This document shows positions 1-14,379 of a DNA stretch of 64,000 bases, piece by piece (positions within the stretch are counted from its first letter, which is position 1; every line of letters begins with the position of its first letter). The notes under the pieces are model-generated. The model did not search any database, was not told the origin of the DNA, and was given only the letters and a program-made list of their open reading frames with translations. Origin of the DNA: Octopus bimaculoides (taxonomy: Eukaryota); contig NC_068981.1 of NCBI RefSeq assembly GCF_001194135.2, positions 101,481,957 through 101,545,956 on the forward strand, read 5' to 3'. The translations under genes were made by a program, and so were the position numbers.

Positions 1-188
1 ATTCAAAATCCTCATTGTGTTTGTATGTACATATGCATTTATACACACTGAGAAGTGTGTTGAAAAGTCTTCCTTATTAGGATTTTGAAACCTGAGGGTG
101 ATTACAATGATCTTATTGTAGTGCTGAGCTACCAAAAATGAAAAAAAAAGATTATTATGGTATTTAGTCTCATCCTGTCCTACTTTAA

Positions 189-408
189 CCCTTTAGCATT
201 TAAACCTGCCATATTTGACCAAAACATTCTATCTGTTTTATATTCAAACTAGCCAGATCTGGTCTCTCACACCTACTCTACATTGCCATTTTAAAAATAA
301 GCAATCACTTCATCAAAATCTCAAAACTTTCAGATAATGCATAATCAATTCAAAATGATGAGAATGAATAAGTATTACATTTGACAAAGTAATCTGAATG
401 CTAAAGGG
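189..408. mobile_element. piggyBac-like MITE
   Basis: TTAA|CCCTTTAGCATT ... AATGCTAAAGGG|TTAA: TTAA TSD with CCC/GGG termini. Other copies at about 18927-19089, 31880-32101, 47598-47801 and a partial at 51700-51806. Confidence 0.8.
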
Positions 409-2342
409 TTAAACTCAAAATCAAGTAGGGTTTGAGCTAAATAAGAGAAGAGTGGGTTACTTTATGTAGCCTTAGATCACATTTAGAAATGGGATAGAAT
501 AACGGCAATACATTTGCCCTTTGTTTCTCCTCTCTTAAAAATGATATTCATTAAAAAAATCTAGGCTAATTTTCTTGAATAATCTTGCTTTTAAATCTAA
601 CTGGATTTAGTCGATTCATGTCATTCAGTTAGCATTTTACTTGGATCTGTTTCATTTTTGTTTGAGGCTTTTGATTTAGAGCAAATTTGATAAAGCAGCA
701 AGAACCATATAACTTGAAGTGAAAACTACTGCATTTCTGTTGTATCATGGCCCTAAAACTTAGAACTTGTTATTAAAAAAAAAATGTGTAGTTACTTTTT
801 AGAAGATATTGTTTTATTGGTATACAGGTATATATACAAAGTGTACTTGCACATAATCACCCAATCACACACACTTTTATCGTTTCCATAGCAGTAATTA
901 ATCCTATCACTCTTACACTCTGTAATAGAGCTTCAACCACAGAACTAGTTACAGTTATTAAGTGATATAATTTTGGAAAATGAATTACTAGGCTCACTGT
1001 GGTGCACATTCATACACACAATTATGGAAAGTATGTTTGCTCTTAGCAATTTCACAAAATTTTTTTCAGTTTTAACCTTTCTTAAGTAGGAATGAAGGAG
1101 GCAGCCAATTAGTCTTGGCTGAACTAATGTCTAGTATTTACACACATTATGCAAGAACATTTTCAGTGATTTTCTTGACTCATTCTTCAGTTCACCAAGT
1201 ACTCATTCTGTACCAGGGAGATAAATTGTTAGTCTTGTAATCTCTTTATGATGGTTGAGGTGTTAATCAAGAAGTGGAATAATAAAATTGCATAAGGTTA
1301 ATGCAGATTGCTTGTGCGTCAATTGTAGATTTCAGATTTGTAGAATACTATGTTCGATAGGTGTCTTGAATTTTCTTGTTAAACAGTGGAACAAGTATCA
1401 GATTTTCTGAGGAAAGGTCTATGAGATTGACCTGGCAACAGACTCAAACTAAGTTTATTGCTTCATTGTAACTGGATAAATTTTTATTTATATAAAATAT
1501 ATGTCCTATAATCCTTGGCAAGTTGTAGAGTCAGTATCAAATGTGTTTTAGTATTTTAAGGCCAAGTTAGTATAGCAGTACACATCACATCTTTTTTCTG
1601 CCATTCTACACTATTCATACATTCCCATGCATGCACATATCTTATACACTGTGTATGTATTATATATATATATATACATATATATACATATACATATATA
1701 TATATATATATATATCATCATTATTTTAACATTCACTTTTCCATGCTTGTATGGCTCAGATAGTTTATTCAGGTAGATTTTCTAGATCCAAGTTACCTTT
1801 CCTTTTACCAACTGTCACCTATATCTAAGCAAGGTAATATTTCCCCATGACATTGCTGGTATGACTGTGACTCTCATTTACAACTGCCATGTTATGTCAA
1901 GAGGAGAGACCCCCCCCCCCACACACGAGTACTGGACTTGCAACAACTGAAGTGCTGTGATCATCACACTGTTGACAGAAATTTGAAGTTCTGTATGTGA
2001 GTCTCTATAACTGTATTATTCAATGTGTGTGTGTATGTGTGTGTATAGGCTTCTTTTGGTTTCTGTCTACTAAATCTGCTCACAAGATTTTGGTTGACCT
2101 GTGACCATAGTAGAAGACACTTGCCCAAAGTGCCATGCAGTGGGACTGAACCCAGCAAACTTCTCAACCACACAGTCATGCCTGACTTATCACAGCCACA
2201 TCTGCAACCATATACTTCAGTTTTAGAATAGGAGGTACACTGTGCCCATATATGTTGTAAGAGGGCAACTAAAAGTGTTGGCAGCATAGAAGAATGAATA
2301 TAAAATATGTCATAAAGCTGTAAACTATTTCTCTTTTTATAG

Positions 2343-2398
2343 CGGAGCGTCAAGCAGAATCTTCAAGAATTAAAAGGAAATATCCAGAACGATTACCA
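2343..2398 (+). CDS. GABARAPL2: ATG8-family GABARAPL2-like, coding exon 2 (exon 1 not found, presumably upstream of the window)
   Basis: tttttatag|CGGAG...TTACCA|gtaag. 56 nt, phase 1 to 0. Encodes xERQAESSRIKRKYPERLP, matching the ATG8 motif ESAKIRAKYPDRVP. Confidence 0.9.
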
Positions 2399-3720
2399 GT
2401 AAGTTATTTATATATTTTTTCTCTTGTGTTAATTTTAGAAAGGACATAAGATAGTTACACCAATGTAGGAGTGTCAGTAAATATGTCTACAATAGTCTTA
2501 TGACAGCTGTCTGACTTTGTCAGCTTTAATGGTATTCATTGTAGAAAGTGGCAGGGGTGGAATCTGTAATTGTTATTCTCACATATCCTTTCATCTTGAC
2601 TAGTTTTCATTATTGTTTTTATTATTTTTGTTGACACTTTCTGATATTGAAATGTGTGTGTATTTTGATGCTTTTATGTTAAGTTATATATAAAAACAAT
2701 TTAACGTTAAACTGAAGAATAATTCAATATTTAGTGAAGTACATGTTGTGAGTGTTTATTGAGTGAAAGCACCTAAAGCTCCACGAGGCTCTGGCAGGGG
2801 TTGGTGGTGACCCCTGTTGTACTCTTTCGCCCCAACTTTCTCTCACTCTTTCTTCCTGTTTCTTGAGTAATGCTGTGATGGACTGGCATCCCGTCCAGCT
2901 GGGAGGAACACATACGCCATAGAAACCGGGAAACCGGGCCCATGAGCCTGGCTAGGCTTTAGAAGGGCACATAAATAAATAAAAAACATGTTTATTAAAC
3001 TTTTACAAGAGAGGTGACAGCGACTGAAACTTTGGCCTGCTAGCCATAGTGAGACTACTATATATTTCCTTTTGATTTTGCATAGTCTTTTCTAGCGGCA
3101 CACATCAAATCAGAACCTGTGTTAACTTCAGTTGTAATTGTTACTGTAATGTATCAAGAGCGTGTGAGCTTTATAAATGATCTGTGTGACAACTGATCAA
3201 ATCTCAGACATTAAACTTGTATTGGAGTTGAGACATTTGTACTATTTTTATTGCTGTGGAATTCTCACATCAACTCTGATCAAGCAGACCTTGATAGGTG
3301 ACAAAATAACTACTGCTGATAAATCTGTTTCACTTGTGCCACTCCCTAGCTAATTACAAAACTGTACACTCACTCTCTCTCCAGTTTTTCTGTACGTTTG
3401 TGTTGTGTTTTTTACCCCTCTGCCATCAACTCTGGTAGAGCAGACTTATGATCAAGAACATTCCAGCTGCAATCATCCTTTTGTGTATCAGTTGTTACAT
3501 TATCTTACATATCCTTCCTTTGTTATTTTTTATAACAATATGCTGTACATTAAGGGAAGTTTGGCTGCTATTTCTAGTATACATAATTAGAACATGTTGG
3601 TCCTCAGCATTTTTCATTGGTTTTCATTCCAGTGCAATGCTTAGTTTCTTGTGGGCCTCCATTTTGGATTTTTTTTTTTATTAATTACTCAGGAATGGTA
3701 AACTGAGAGACCATTTGCAG

Positions 3721-3950
3721 CAGTGGTTCTCAACCATTTTTTTTACCTTTGGTTCCTGTTTTACTCTACTGGACCCTCATACCCATTCAATGTTTAAAAA
3801 AAAAATCCTATTATGTTTTTATGATTAAATATTATTTGGAATTCCATAAAAAATTGTTCAAGTATTTTGTCTAATGAAGAAATACAGCCAATTTATTGCA
3901 GATAAATTTTAACAGTAAAATCTTACATGGACCTTAGTTGAGAACCATTG
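3721..3950. mobile_element. hAT (Charlie/MER5-like) MITE
   Basis: TIRs CAGTGGTTCTCAAC / GTTGAGAACCATTG. 8-bp flanks ATTTGCAG and ATTTACAA match at 6 of 8. Confidence 0.75.
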
Positions 3951-4531
3951 ATTTACAAGTTCCATGGAGAATGTTGTTGAAAGCTTCAATTTGTTGATGA
4001 CGGTGGCATTTAATTTAAATAAAATGGTTTCACCCGGGAATTAAAATTTGTTTGTGAAGTTAACACTTAGCACCTTGCACTTATTGTATATGAAAAGGTG
4101 TAATGTAAAGGTATAATTTCTCTACTATGAGCAGCAGTAATATGTATGTAATATGTATAACTTGCATATTTTGGGTTCAGATTTTCATCTCAATTAGGCA
4201 GCAGGTGTCCTGTCATGGAGCAGAAATATTTCTCTAATGCATAACATGTAAACTAGGATAAGCTTCATGAAAATTGTTACCTCTGGTTATGATGACAGAT
4301 TTAGTTTCTCTTGCTAACAGTTTGGCTGGTAGACATAATGTATTGCTTGGTTTAACACCATGACCACTTGTTCTTTGAGTGGATTTTGTAGAATCCATTC
4401 TGTTGTGCATCTTTAGTCTGAAGACTTGATATCATGACATGCTAATTCCATAACTCATGGTCTCTTTTTCATCACTATTCTGAGAGGTCCTGCAAGCGTA
4501 ATGGGTATTGCCTTCTCTTTTCTGATTAAGC

Positions 4532-4827
4532 CAATGATTTTTAATCTTTTTGACATCATAACACACTGAAGATCAAAGTAAATAAAGTAAAATGTTCTGC
4601 TTTTCACATGGAAAATTTAAAAGCCAGTATATATGTTGCTTTTTTTTCTTAATTATACTATATAGAATTATACTATATTTATTAACTATACAAAATTACA
4701 AATAACCTGTTTTGTTAAGACACTAAAGCATTAGTAGTAATTTTCTAAACCTTAGTTTATATTTTTAAATAATCATTGTGCACTTGCAGTACTTCAGTGC
4801 ACCAACATGGTACACTGACAAACACTG
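4532..4827. mobile_element. Degenerate hAT-like MITE
   Basis: Termini CAATGATTT...AAACACTG. Flanks GATTAAGC and GATTAAGA match at 7 of 8. Confidence 0.5.
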
Positions 4828-4895
4828 GATTAAGACATTAAAATTTTCTTTTCTGTTCTTTAAAAAAAATGTTCTTATCTCTGTTCTTTTCCTAG

Positions 4896-5068
4896 ATTAT
4901 TGTTGAAAAATTGCCTCGCTCACATATCCAGGCACTGGAGAAAAAGAAGTTTCTGGTACCCAGTGACCTTACTGTTGCTCAATTCATGTGGATGCTCCGC
5001 AAAAAGATCCAGTTGCCCTCTGAAAAGGCAATTTTCTTATTTGTGGGCAGAATGCTTCCTCAGTCTAG
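4896..5068 (+). CDS. GABARAPL2: GABARAPL2-like coding exon 3
   Basis: ttttcctag|ATT...TCTAG|gtgag. 173 nt. IIVEKLPRSHIQALEKKKFLVPSDLTVAQFMWMLRKKIQLPSEKAIFLFVGRMLPQS; QFMW..RK.IQLPSEKAIFLFV is characteristic of GABARAPL2/GATE-16. Confidence 0.95.
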
Positions 5069-6754
5069 GTGAGATGTTTTAATTATTGTGTTCAGCTTCC
5101 CCTTTCCTTCCTTTTTCACATTTAAATTGTTTCTGTTAAAAATTGAGGTGGTGAAGTTTAAGACATTGGAATAGTTGCTTATTTTAAGTCTAATGTTTAA
5201 ATCAAATGCAACTGATTCATTGTGTGTTTTATTAACTAATATTTTATGCTACATTACTTTGGTTCACTTAGCTATTAGGACTAGATACCACATTATCTGG
5301 CAATTGGTCAACAGACTGATTACTAGTTGATATATGATCACAAATGTTCAAGAAATTGACTCTTTTTCTAACATGTATGCACGAGGGAGGGTTTGTTTTC
5401 TCTTTAGTCATGTTAACATTACATTTTATATTCCTACTCTTGTATCGTTTCTATGTGAAGGTGTAAATTGGAGGAGCAAATTGATCTTTGATCAATTGCT
5501 CAACTGTGTTTAGTTTTGTTCCTTTTGATGTTCTGAGTTCAGGTCCATCAGGAGTCAATTTTGCCTTGTCCAGTTGACTAGATTATTTTCTGTTAAATAA
5601 AATCTTGCATCCTGTCTAAGGAACTTCTGCATGAATGCTGAACCTACTTGATATAGCAGCTACATTTTCCTTAGATTTCATTCCACCATCAAAAGGTCAC
5701 ATATTAATGGTTGACCTAGTGCTAAGTGGATAGAATCAACATGATTTACATTTGACCTGTTCTTGGAGACCCAGCAATTGTCCTTATTTGGTGCAGTAAC
5801 TTCTATAGATGATGTAAGTTCTTAGCAAGCTAAGAATGTTGTATGGTTTGGTTCTTGGAATATGTAAGATGTTTTCTTCCTTTGACAAAGCTTTTGTGCC
5901 TAGTCAAAAGGGGCTAATATTTTATTTAGTTGCCAGAATGAGATATTAAAAGAACCAATTCAAATACATTTGCCTTGCATATACATGTGTGTGTGTATAT
6001 ATATATATATAAGGGTAGAAAATTTAGAAAAATTTTCATACTGGTGACTAGCATGCGTAATAAAGTCAATCAACAACATATTTTCATATATAATAGTGTA
6101 CAAACAATTTACGTATTTATACACGAAAGAGGTGACCTTTAACTGGACACCTTACATGCTAGAAAGGGCAGTTAAAGCCCAAACCACAAATAAGAGCAAT
6201 TTTAAAGGGAGTGAAACTAAAAAATATTTTTGTAGTTACCCTCAGACTCAAGTTTCTGTATCAATGTGCAAAATAAAATAATTTCTTCAGTGAGGGCGCT
6301 AAAATTAATGCATATTTATGCAGCAAATAGCACCGAAAATACACATGCTACATACTTATACATTAGAATTTTCAAATCTACTGCACAAGCAGAGTTACAT
6401 TCGGCAGCAATTAATAATATAAAAAAAACTATTTTACTCTCGTTCTGGTCTAACAACCCTCCATGTTTATTTTTTGTTCGGTTTCCTTGTATGTTTCCAC
6501 TGTCCTCCTGTTTTTGTTCCCGACTTTGACCCTCCATAAATCCAAAGTTTTATTTTGGTATTTATGGGAGTGACTGCCTTCAAAGACTTGTATTGTCGTT
6601 CAATGCCCAAAACGAGTAGTTGATAGACAGCCAACAACTAATGAGGGGTCATTCTTTGTGTTACTTGTCCTGTTTTCTATGTTTCTCTTGTTGTTTGCAT
6701 ATTGAATTCCTTTGTTTTCATATTTCATGTTTACTGTTGGTGACGTCCTGTACC

Positions 6755-6787
<33 letters not shown>

Positions 6788-7822
6788 TATTTATATTATT
6801 TGATTGAATGCCAGGCATCCATTTCCAAGTAAGTTTATATATATATGCTATGAGATTGTTACCATAGTTTTATGAGGTGTCTGGGTGGATATTGTTATTC
6901 TTTAGTTGGTGTGAAGTGAAGCTATTTGAATAAACCCTAGGGATGAAATGGTATAGTTACAAAAAAGTACAAATTCTCATATAATCATATACTAAACTCT
7001 CCTGCAAGTGTTTGAGCATATTAATCTGGATTGCATACAGACTGTCTTAAACACATGTGCATGCATGCACACACACACACAATAATTTCTGAGGAATTGT
7101 TACATTTATTTCTCTCTTTTAGAAACATATTTAAAAACATTATTTTAATGCTTTACGAAGTTAAGGGTTGGCAAGGTGGAGAGTGTTATCTTTAATGAAT
7201 TTAATCCAGTGTTTTCCATAATTCATTACAACTAAATCTCTTGGCAGTCAAAGAGTTGAATTTGCAATTTCAAATGTTAAATAATTCAAGATTTGAGTAT
7301 ATCATTGTAATTTATCTTCTTACTTCTTTTGTATCCATCCCATCCAAACTCCTTCAATGTGCTCCTCTGCCTTTTTTATCTAATCCTTATTAACTCTCGT
7401 TCCACGGGCTGTACTAGACAGTTTGCTCAATCCTTCCTTAAAACTATAGCAAATCTGGAACTCTGAACACCTAAAAGCTTCTTCCAACAAAAATTAATTT
7501 GCAGAAATTGCATCGACTTTATTGGCTCAAATTAAGAGTGAAATGAAAGGAGGGGTGGGGCTTAAAAAGATTACATTTTAAAGTATATGTGTGCATGCAT
7601 GTTTATATGGGGTAAAGACAAAATGATCTCAGTTCACACAGTGCTGATTGGCACTTTGTTCTAAGCATTTGATTTAGCATCTGCTGTCTCACTTCAAACT
7701 CCCTCATTATAAACTGTCACCCTGAAGTTGTTTTTGAAGTTGTATCAACTGAAACCATGATGCTACATGATTCACAGACAATGATGTTTATTACTGTTGC
7801 TTTATTGCTTTCCTGTCACTGA

Positions 7823-7969
<147 letters not shown>

Positions 7970-9699
7970 TGCATATTATTGTCTGGGGGACAAGCCATAC
8001 ATTGCTCTAGAACATGGATGTTATTCACATTTGTAGACAGTGCAAGCATGTACAACAAATCTGATTCTGAATTGCCTTCTTTGTTGCTTAGTTGGCACAA
8101 TAATCCATGCCTGAAAGTTTGCATGGAACAGTATGAAGGGAATGAACTTTTTTTCAACAAAAAGCTTATGAATAGTGATTATTGAGCATTTCCTTTTAAA
8201 ACATATGCACAAATACTCTATCTACACATACGTGCATACATATATACATTTTTCTTTTAAAATCTGATTTAATGCTGGCCAGTATCTGGCTTAGTTTGAT
8301 AAAATGCAGAGAAGCTTTTTATCATGGAGTGTATGACTTCTTGAATTTTTTTTTTGTGACTGATCATCATTCAGCTCAATCAAATTAAGAGGGAAGTGAA
8401 AGGGGGTGGGGTTTAAAAAGATTACATTTTAAAATGTGTATGTGTGTGTGTGCATGTTTTATATAAGATAAAAACAATGATTTTTGCAAAAGTAAAAAAA
8501 AAAATTGAATGTGTGGATCTGGGAATGTTTTTCATATGAAATACTTCCATAAATAGAGTAAGTTTCTATGATTTTTAGTTAAGTTTGAGTAAGCTATTGT
8601 GTAGAAGAAAGCTTTGGGTATGAGGTGATTGTTGTCTATTAATGACCTGAAGAGTGGAATAAAGCAAAATATCATTAACTATCATAGTGCTTACTTTGTT
8701 ACACCGAAGTATTGCTTGTGAATCTGTTTTTGCATTGACAAAATGTTTAATTTCTACAAATGAAAACTTTTCCAACTGCTGATGCGCCATCTTTCCATTA
8801 TTCATCTTGTTATTGCTTTAAAAACATTTATTTTTTACTGTAATTACTGTACTATATATATATATACATACACACACACACACTATATATATATATATAC
8901 ATATATATATAATCATTCTATTCCTTGATGTGATGAAATATTGCTTGGCTGTGAAATTTACAATGATTGGAGGGAAAAAATACCTTGGGTTACTGTAGTG
9001 TACACAAATTTAGTTGCAGAAATAAATAATAATTATTTTGATGATAATAATCATATTAATTGCAATAATTTTTAACTTCTTTGAAATTTGAAAGGGAAAC
9101 CTCTTTTGTTATGTTAAACTGCAAGATGCAAAAAACGATTAGGATAATAGAAAACTAGCCTGTTTCTTTCATTCTTTCACAATCATGGAAAAAATAATAA
9201 TAATATAGATGTTTTGATGGAACACTTAAGTATTCATCGAAACACAACTTGCACTTCATCAGTTGAATTTGGATAAAAATATTTGCAAAAATTTTTTTTT
9301 TTTTTTATTAATATTAGCAGAAATGATTGAACCTCAGACTGAATGCCTTAGTTTTGTTTTCTCCACTCCCATTTTAAGCTTAAAATATCACCGGTCTCTT
9401 ACAGCATTCGTCCCTCCAGGATTAATAAAATAATATACCAGGTGTATATTATGAATTAGATAATTGTTAAAATATTGTGCCTATGTCAGAAAATATTAAT
9501 TTCACTGGTGCCTCTAACTCACTAATGAATTATTAACAAAATCTTAAATATAGAAGTTTTTAGCTTTTTGAATATATTTTCTTTGGCATATGAAATAATT
9601 ATGAAGAATGAGATTTATTAGACTGGTATGTTTTGGACTGTGTCCAGTGATGCTCAATGCAGTTTGATCATCCATTCATTTTTATCATAATTTGCTCAA

Positions 9700-12600
9700 A
9701 CCTTCATGAAAAAAAAAATAATTGATGCTAGAGGTGATTGAATGGAATCCAGCAATATGTATCCCTTCAGCCATGATAGTTTGTCCAGATCTTAAGGTAT
9801 TAGGAGGTTTGATGTTGAAGCTACTAGTGTACTGATAGGAGGAAAAAATGTCACTTGGCAAGGATAGTCTTATCAGTGTCTTAACCTTATAAATGGAACA
9901 AGGGAAAAGCTACTGTACATGCTCAGGGTCAGAAAGATGTACTATGAAAGCTTTGAGTAGAAAAGCTGCAACCCTTCCGGTTCTGCTACAAAGGATGAAA
10001 AGTGGAAAAGAGCTGTTGCTCTATCTTTAGTTGAGAGAGCAGTCTGGTGAAGATGCATCATTAAAATTATCAGCAATTTAATTTATGCAAAAAGTAATTG
10101 CTAAATTGCCAATTCTAAAACTGCTGCATCAACTAATTGTTCAGTGTCCTGATTCCTGATATGTCATCAATGCTTCAATAGTATACATACTTCACAATAA
10201 AATAAAAACTTTTAGAATAACTATTTAATAGTGGCAAGAGCCTGAGGTGTTGAGAACAACTCAAGAACAGGATTCAAAATTGTGGGAGTTTCCCATCAAA
10301 TAAGAAGAGTGAACCAGAGATAACAAAGAAAATGTCTGCAACATAGGAGGGAAAACTGAATTCCACTTGAGGAACTTCACAGGTGTGGAGTTCTCTCCTG
10401 GCTGTCCAGCTTTGTTCCACTGCTGCATACTGAGAGCAGGCCTACTAGCAAAAAAATATTTACTTGTGGTCACAACTTCAGTCTTTACTCTCATCTTGTA
10501 GACCTTGGAAACATCAATGTGGGTATGCACTGTCAGCAGTGCATACATCTCAGACTGACCTAGCTTCTATGCCTGTCATGTTTATCTCAAATTGGTAATG
10601 TCTCCTAGTAGCTCTGCCTGGTCAGTGATTTCTGAATGTTGTTGCATGAGATAAAGGTCATGGATGGATCTGTCCAAGTTCAAACAGTTCTTCATTTCCC
10701 TGACTGCTTTTCTGTCAACAAGGGCCAAACTCATTGCTAGTACTGGCAAAAATCATAAACTTTGTGTTTGAGAGTAACGAACCAGAAATGAATTACTTCT
10801 CTTGTTCACATCCTTCCTTAGTAGTGTTGCAACTCTTCAGGTCACAGAGCTTGTCATTCCCCTGTTCTTTTGCCAGTTATAGTAGACATTGGTGATCCAA
10901 ATGGGGTGTATATATGTAAGACTTGTAGAACAGACCATCTAAATCAGGTAACTTGTCTCTTACACAATCACTTATCACTAGCTGCATCTCAGCTACTGTT
11001 ATCAGCTTTTTGCAACATTTGCACCATCTTCCAAAGCTGTGAGAAGCTGTTAAATTATGCACTAATGTCTACTGCCATCTCCAGTCCACCACTCACTCTG
11101 AACAGTTGCTCAAAGAATTGCACACATCTGCTTGAAATTAATACACACCTGTCCTAGTCTGCGAAAGATTGAAATGTGACTTTTGTGTTTCTTGTTGAAA
11201 AACTAGACACTGCTGGCAGAGAGAATAGCTCTTGACTTTCTTTATTACTTCTAATTTGTTTAGTAGCTTCTACTTTAATCTAGTTCTTTCTCTTGCTACT
11301 TCATTACTAAATGTTATTAACTCTAATTAAGTGCTCTGCCACCAATTGTTGATGATTACACCATTAACAAATGCTTGAGTTGCTGAGCTGGTGGCTGTAG
11401 GTTTTGTTTGCTGGAAACAGTGTTCAGCTATGTGTAAATGGGCATCTGTTTTATTTAGGCCAACTATGCAGATCACACATTTGTGTTCTGTGTAGTTGAT
11501 TAGTTGAAATTGTGGCAACATTACACTATATTCTGACCTTACACCCTATATAGGTACTCTGACAGTATCACTTTCATTGCTGCTAACATCCAATAGCACT
11601 GACTTGCTGTCTGGTTTCTAAGAAGATTGTATCTTGAAATTCAAGTCTATCTGAAATGCTGCCATTCCATCAACCAATTCTAGCTAACCATAAGATGTGT
11701 GCATCTTGTTAGAGATGGGTGCAAGTGCATCTGTCCTGGAAATTCTGATCTTGCTGATGGCTATCACATCTACGTCTAGTGACCTTGCTTCTGGGCTGTC
11801 TCCGGGCCACCTACATTTATACATTACGAGTATGGCTATGTTAGAGAAAAGAATGTAAGAAAGAGAAAAACTAGGGATGCATAATCTGGTTTTATGAGAA
11901 AAGGGATTCTTGGAAGACTTCTGAAAATGTTTTATCTTTGAAGTTTTGTAAAAAAAATCTCAATGTCATGAGAATTTATCTTTTACAAACTTGTAGATAT
12001 GATACCTTCACCCATTGTCTGTATTTGAAGTTTTTGGGGATAAATTCCTCAAAACCATTTTGTTTGTATTTATTTTTGTGTTGTGATAGGCCCTCCACCA
12101 GCTCACTATTGTTTCTCTTAACAACAGTGAAGTTGTTGAGGTTTTGGTTTTTGTGTTTATTTTTGTCGAGATGGTGTGGTTGTGTAACTGTTTGGTCTTT
12201 CTGCTCCCTTGTTAACCCTTCTAGTTTCGAGATTGAGGTGGCCTTTTCTCCCTTCAACAATAAACCCTTTACATCTGGTTTGTTTCAACCTTGTTGCATG
12301 ATGTCTTGGAGTCATAGGAAAGCGGTACATGTTTATGTTTTGTTGGATTTTTGTGGTACTGTTGTTGTAGATGTTTCTATTGGTGTAGTTTGTGAACTTT
12401 CAGAACTCTCCTATTCTTCTCTTGTTCAGATTGAGTGGCTACCACTAGGCATTGGTGATAAAGTTGCTTGGTGCTGGGAAAATTGACACTTATAGTTAAA
12501 TTAACAGCATAGCCACAAGTTTTTTTCCTTGTCTTGGTCTTCTTGCTTCTACCTCAGTCATGTCTGTGAGAGCAACTGTTATGGTGGTGACTGACAAGGC

Positions 12601-12720
12601 TAAGGTTGTCTGCATTGAAAGTGGCAGACTCGCCTCTCTGACCAGTCTCTGTTGCTGAACAGCAGAATAGGAACTCACAAGAATATATCTAATCCCAAAT
12701 GGGTTAAGAAGCTGATTTTA
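9700..12720 (-). mobile_element. Highly decayed Tx1/L1-clade LINE (ORF1, APE endonuclease, RT remnants)
   Basis: Minus-strand frameshifted motifs: RSLDVDVIAISKIRIS (APE, about 11760), NTKFMIFA and RSIHD (RT, about 10760-10650), a degenerate DDI box (about 10165). Boundaries approximate. Confidence 0.7.
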
Positions 12721-14379
12721 CCAATCAGCACTTTGAAGTCCTGGTTCTGCAACTAAAGGGCAGATGGTAACTTAAGACTTGTGGTGCAAAGTGAAATGTC
12801 ATATCTATGTGGAGACAATAATAATAATGATAATGATATAAAAAAATACAATATTCAACAAAGGGTCATAATGATTGTGGTCCATAGGAAAACTTAAAAT
12901 TAAGATAAAATACCCAGCACCTATAGAACACTTTGTAGAAATAAACAAATATACACACGAACACTAAAACATTCACAGATATTAGTGAGTATGCATGTAA
13001 ATTGTAAAAGTATTAGTAGGTTGGTACTTAATACTGGTGGTTGTAGAAGTTAAAAAGATGAAAGACAAATATTTATCCCATCATAAGTAGGACACCGATA
13101 TATCTTGAGTTACTTTCTCAGCAGTTCCAGTAACTGTACTTGACAGATAGATGGACTGTAACAGGTAGAATGAAATGTCCAGATCATAGACAACGAAACA
13201 TCTGCTGCAGAAATGAACTTGTCGGGAATCTTGAATTGGTGGCCCAGTATTAACTAACATTCCTGGAATTATTACACATGCGTAAATTACATGCAGTGAT
13301 TTTGCTCAAACAAACAATAGGCACTCTGCAGCAAACATCAATGCTTACTTAGCTCACTACTTGTAAGCCCATACAAGCTATTCATGACAAATCATTTTCA
13401 GTGTGCTTTAATGTTCATTCAAGTTTGTGTATGCATGCATGGGTTGTGTGAATGTATGAGTACAAATAAGCTCTTTTATGGGGCATGTGATATTAATAAC
13501 AGGTTTCTTGATGCTTTTTTTTTCCCTAATAGCAAATATAACTTTGTGTTATATACAATGGAGTTTATATTATAACCAATGTCCATAATTTTGCTTATGT
13601 ACTCATTTTAAGTATGTGTAGTGTGTCACTCCTTTTCGAGATTCATTTGTATTGACCATAATGAACAGATTTTATTTTAAATATGAAGTAGTTAGGACAT
13701 GTTATAATTATAGTATGACATCATAGATATACTACAATCTGCTATAATAGTATGATTATAGCCGTACTATACTCATGTTATAATCAGCTATCCAATCTTA
13801 TTTCACCATTAAATAGATGAACTACAGTTGAGATGATATTAGCAATTTTTCATAGCAGTTCTTGTAAACCAAAACATTGGACCTTTATTTTTACACATTT
13901 CATGGCATGTGTTTTAAGAGATAAATAAACAGGTTATATATCAGTAATATAAACAAATTTGGAGCCTATGATGTCTAATAGTACAGTAAATTTCCTTTAT
14001 TTATCAAATCTTTATTAAATTCTTACGAATACAAATTGTTTCATAATAAACAAATGATCTCTGAACTTCTGGTTGTCTTTGTAATAAAGTTTAAATTCTA
14101 AAATTTAACATGTTGCCTATTTTTCTTTTTTCTTTTTTCAGATTAAAATAATATTAAATTTGAGTATTAATTTTAGAGAGCAAATAAAGGCAAGACCTGG
14201 ATCATATTTTGAGTGACTGTTAGTGATTGGACTAGTGTGTTAGCCTATCTTTCTCTAAAATTTTGATATTTTTTTAACTGCTTTATTTATCTTGACAGGA
14301 CTGATCAATTATCAAGTACAGGAGAACAGTTTAAACTTCATTATTTAAACAGAAATGAGTTACGAGAAATGACTCAGAA

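Noticed and set aside
1-2342. GABARAPL2-like exon 1
   Set aside because: No ATG-to-donor segment with the expected motif and phase was found; presumably upstream of the window.
6600-6757. CTAATGAGGGG near a repeat end, possible third hammerhead
   Set aside because: Core is mutated and no matching stem II or GAAA could be identified.
11938-12486. 182-aa plus-strand ORF
   Set aside because: Antisense to the decayed LINE ORF1 region, with no recognisable motif or splice signals.
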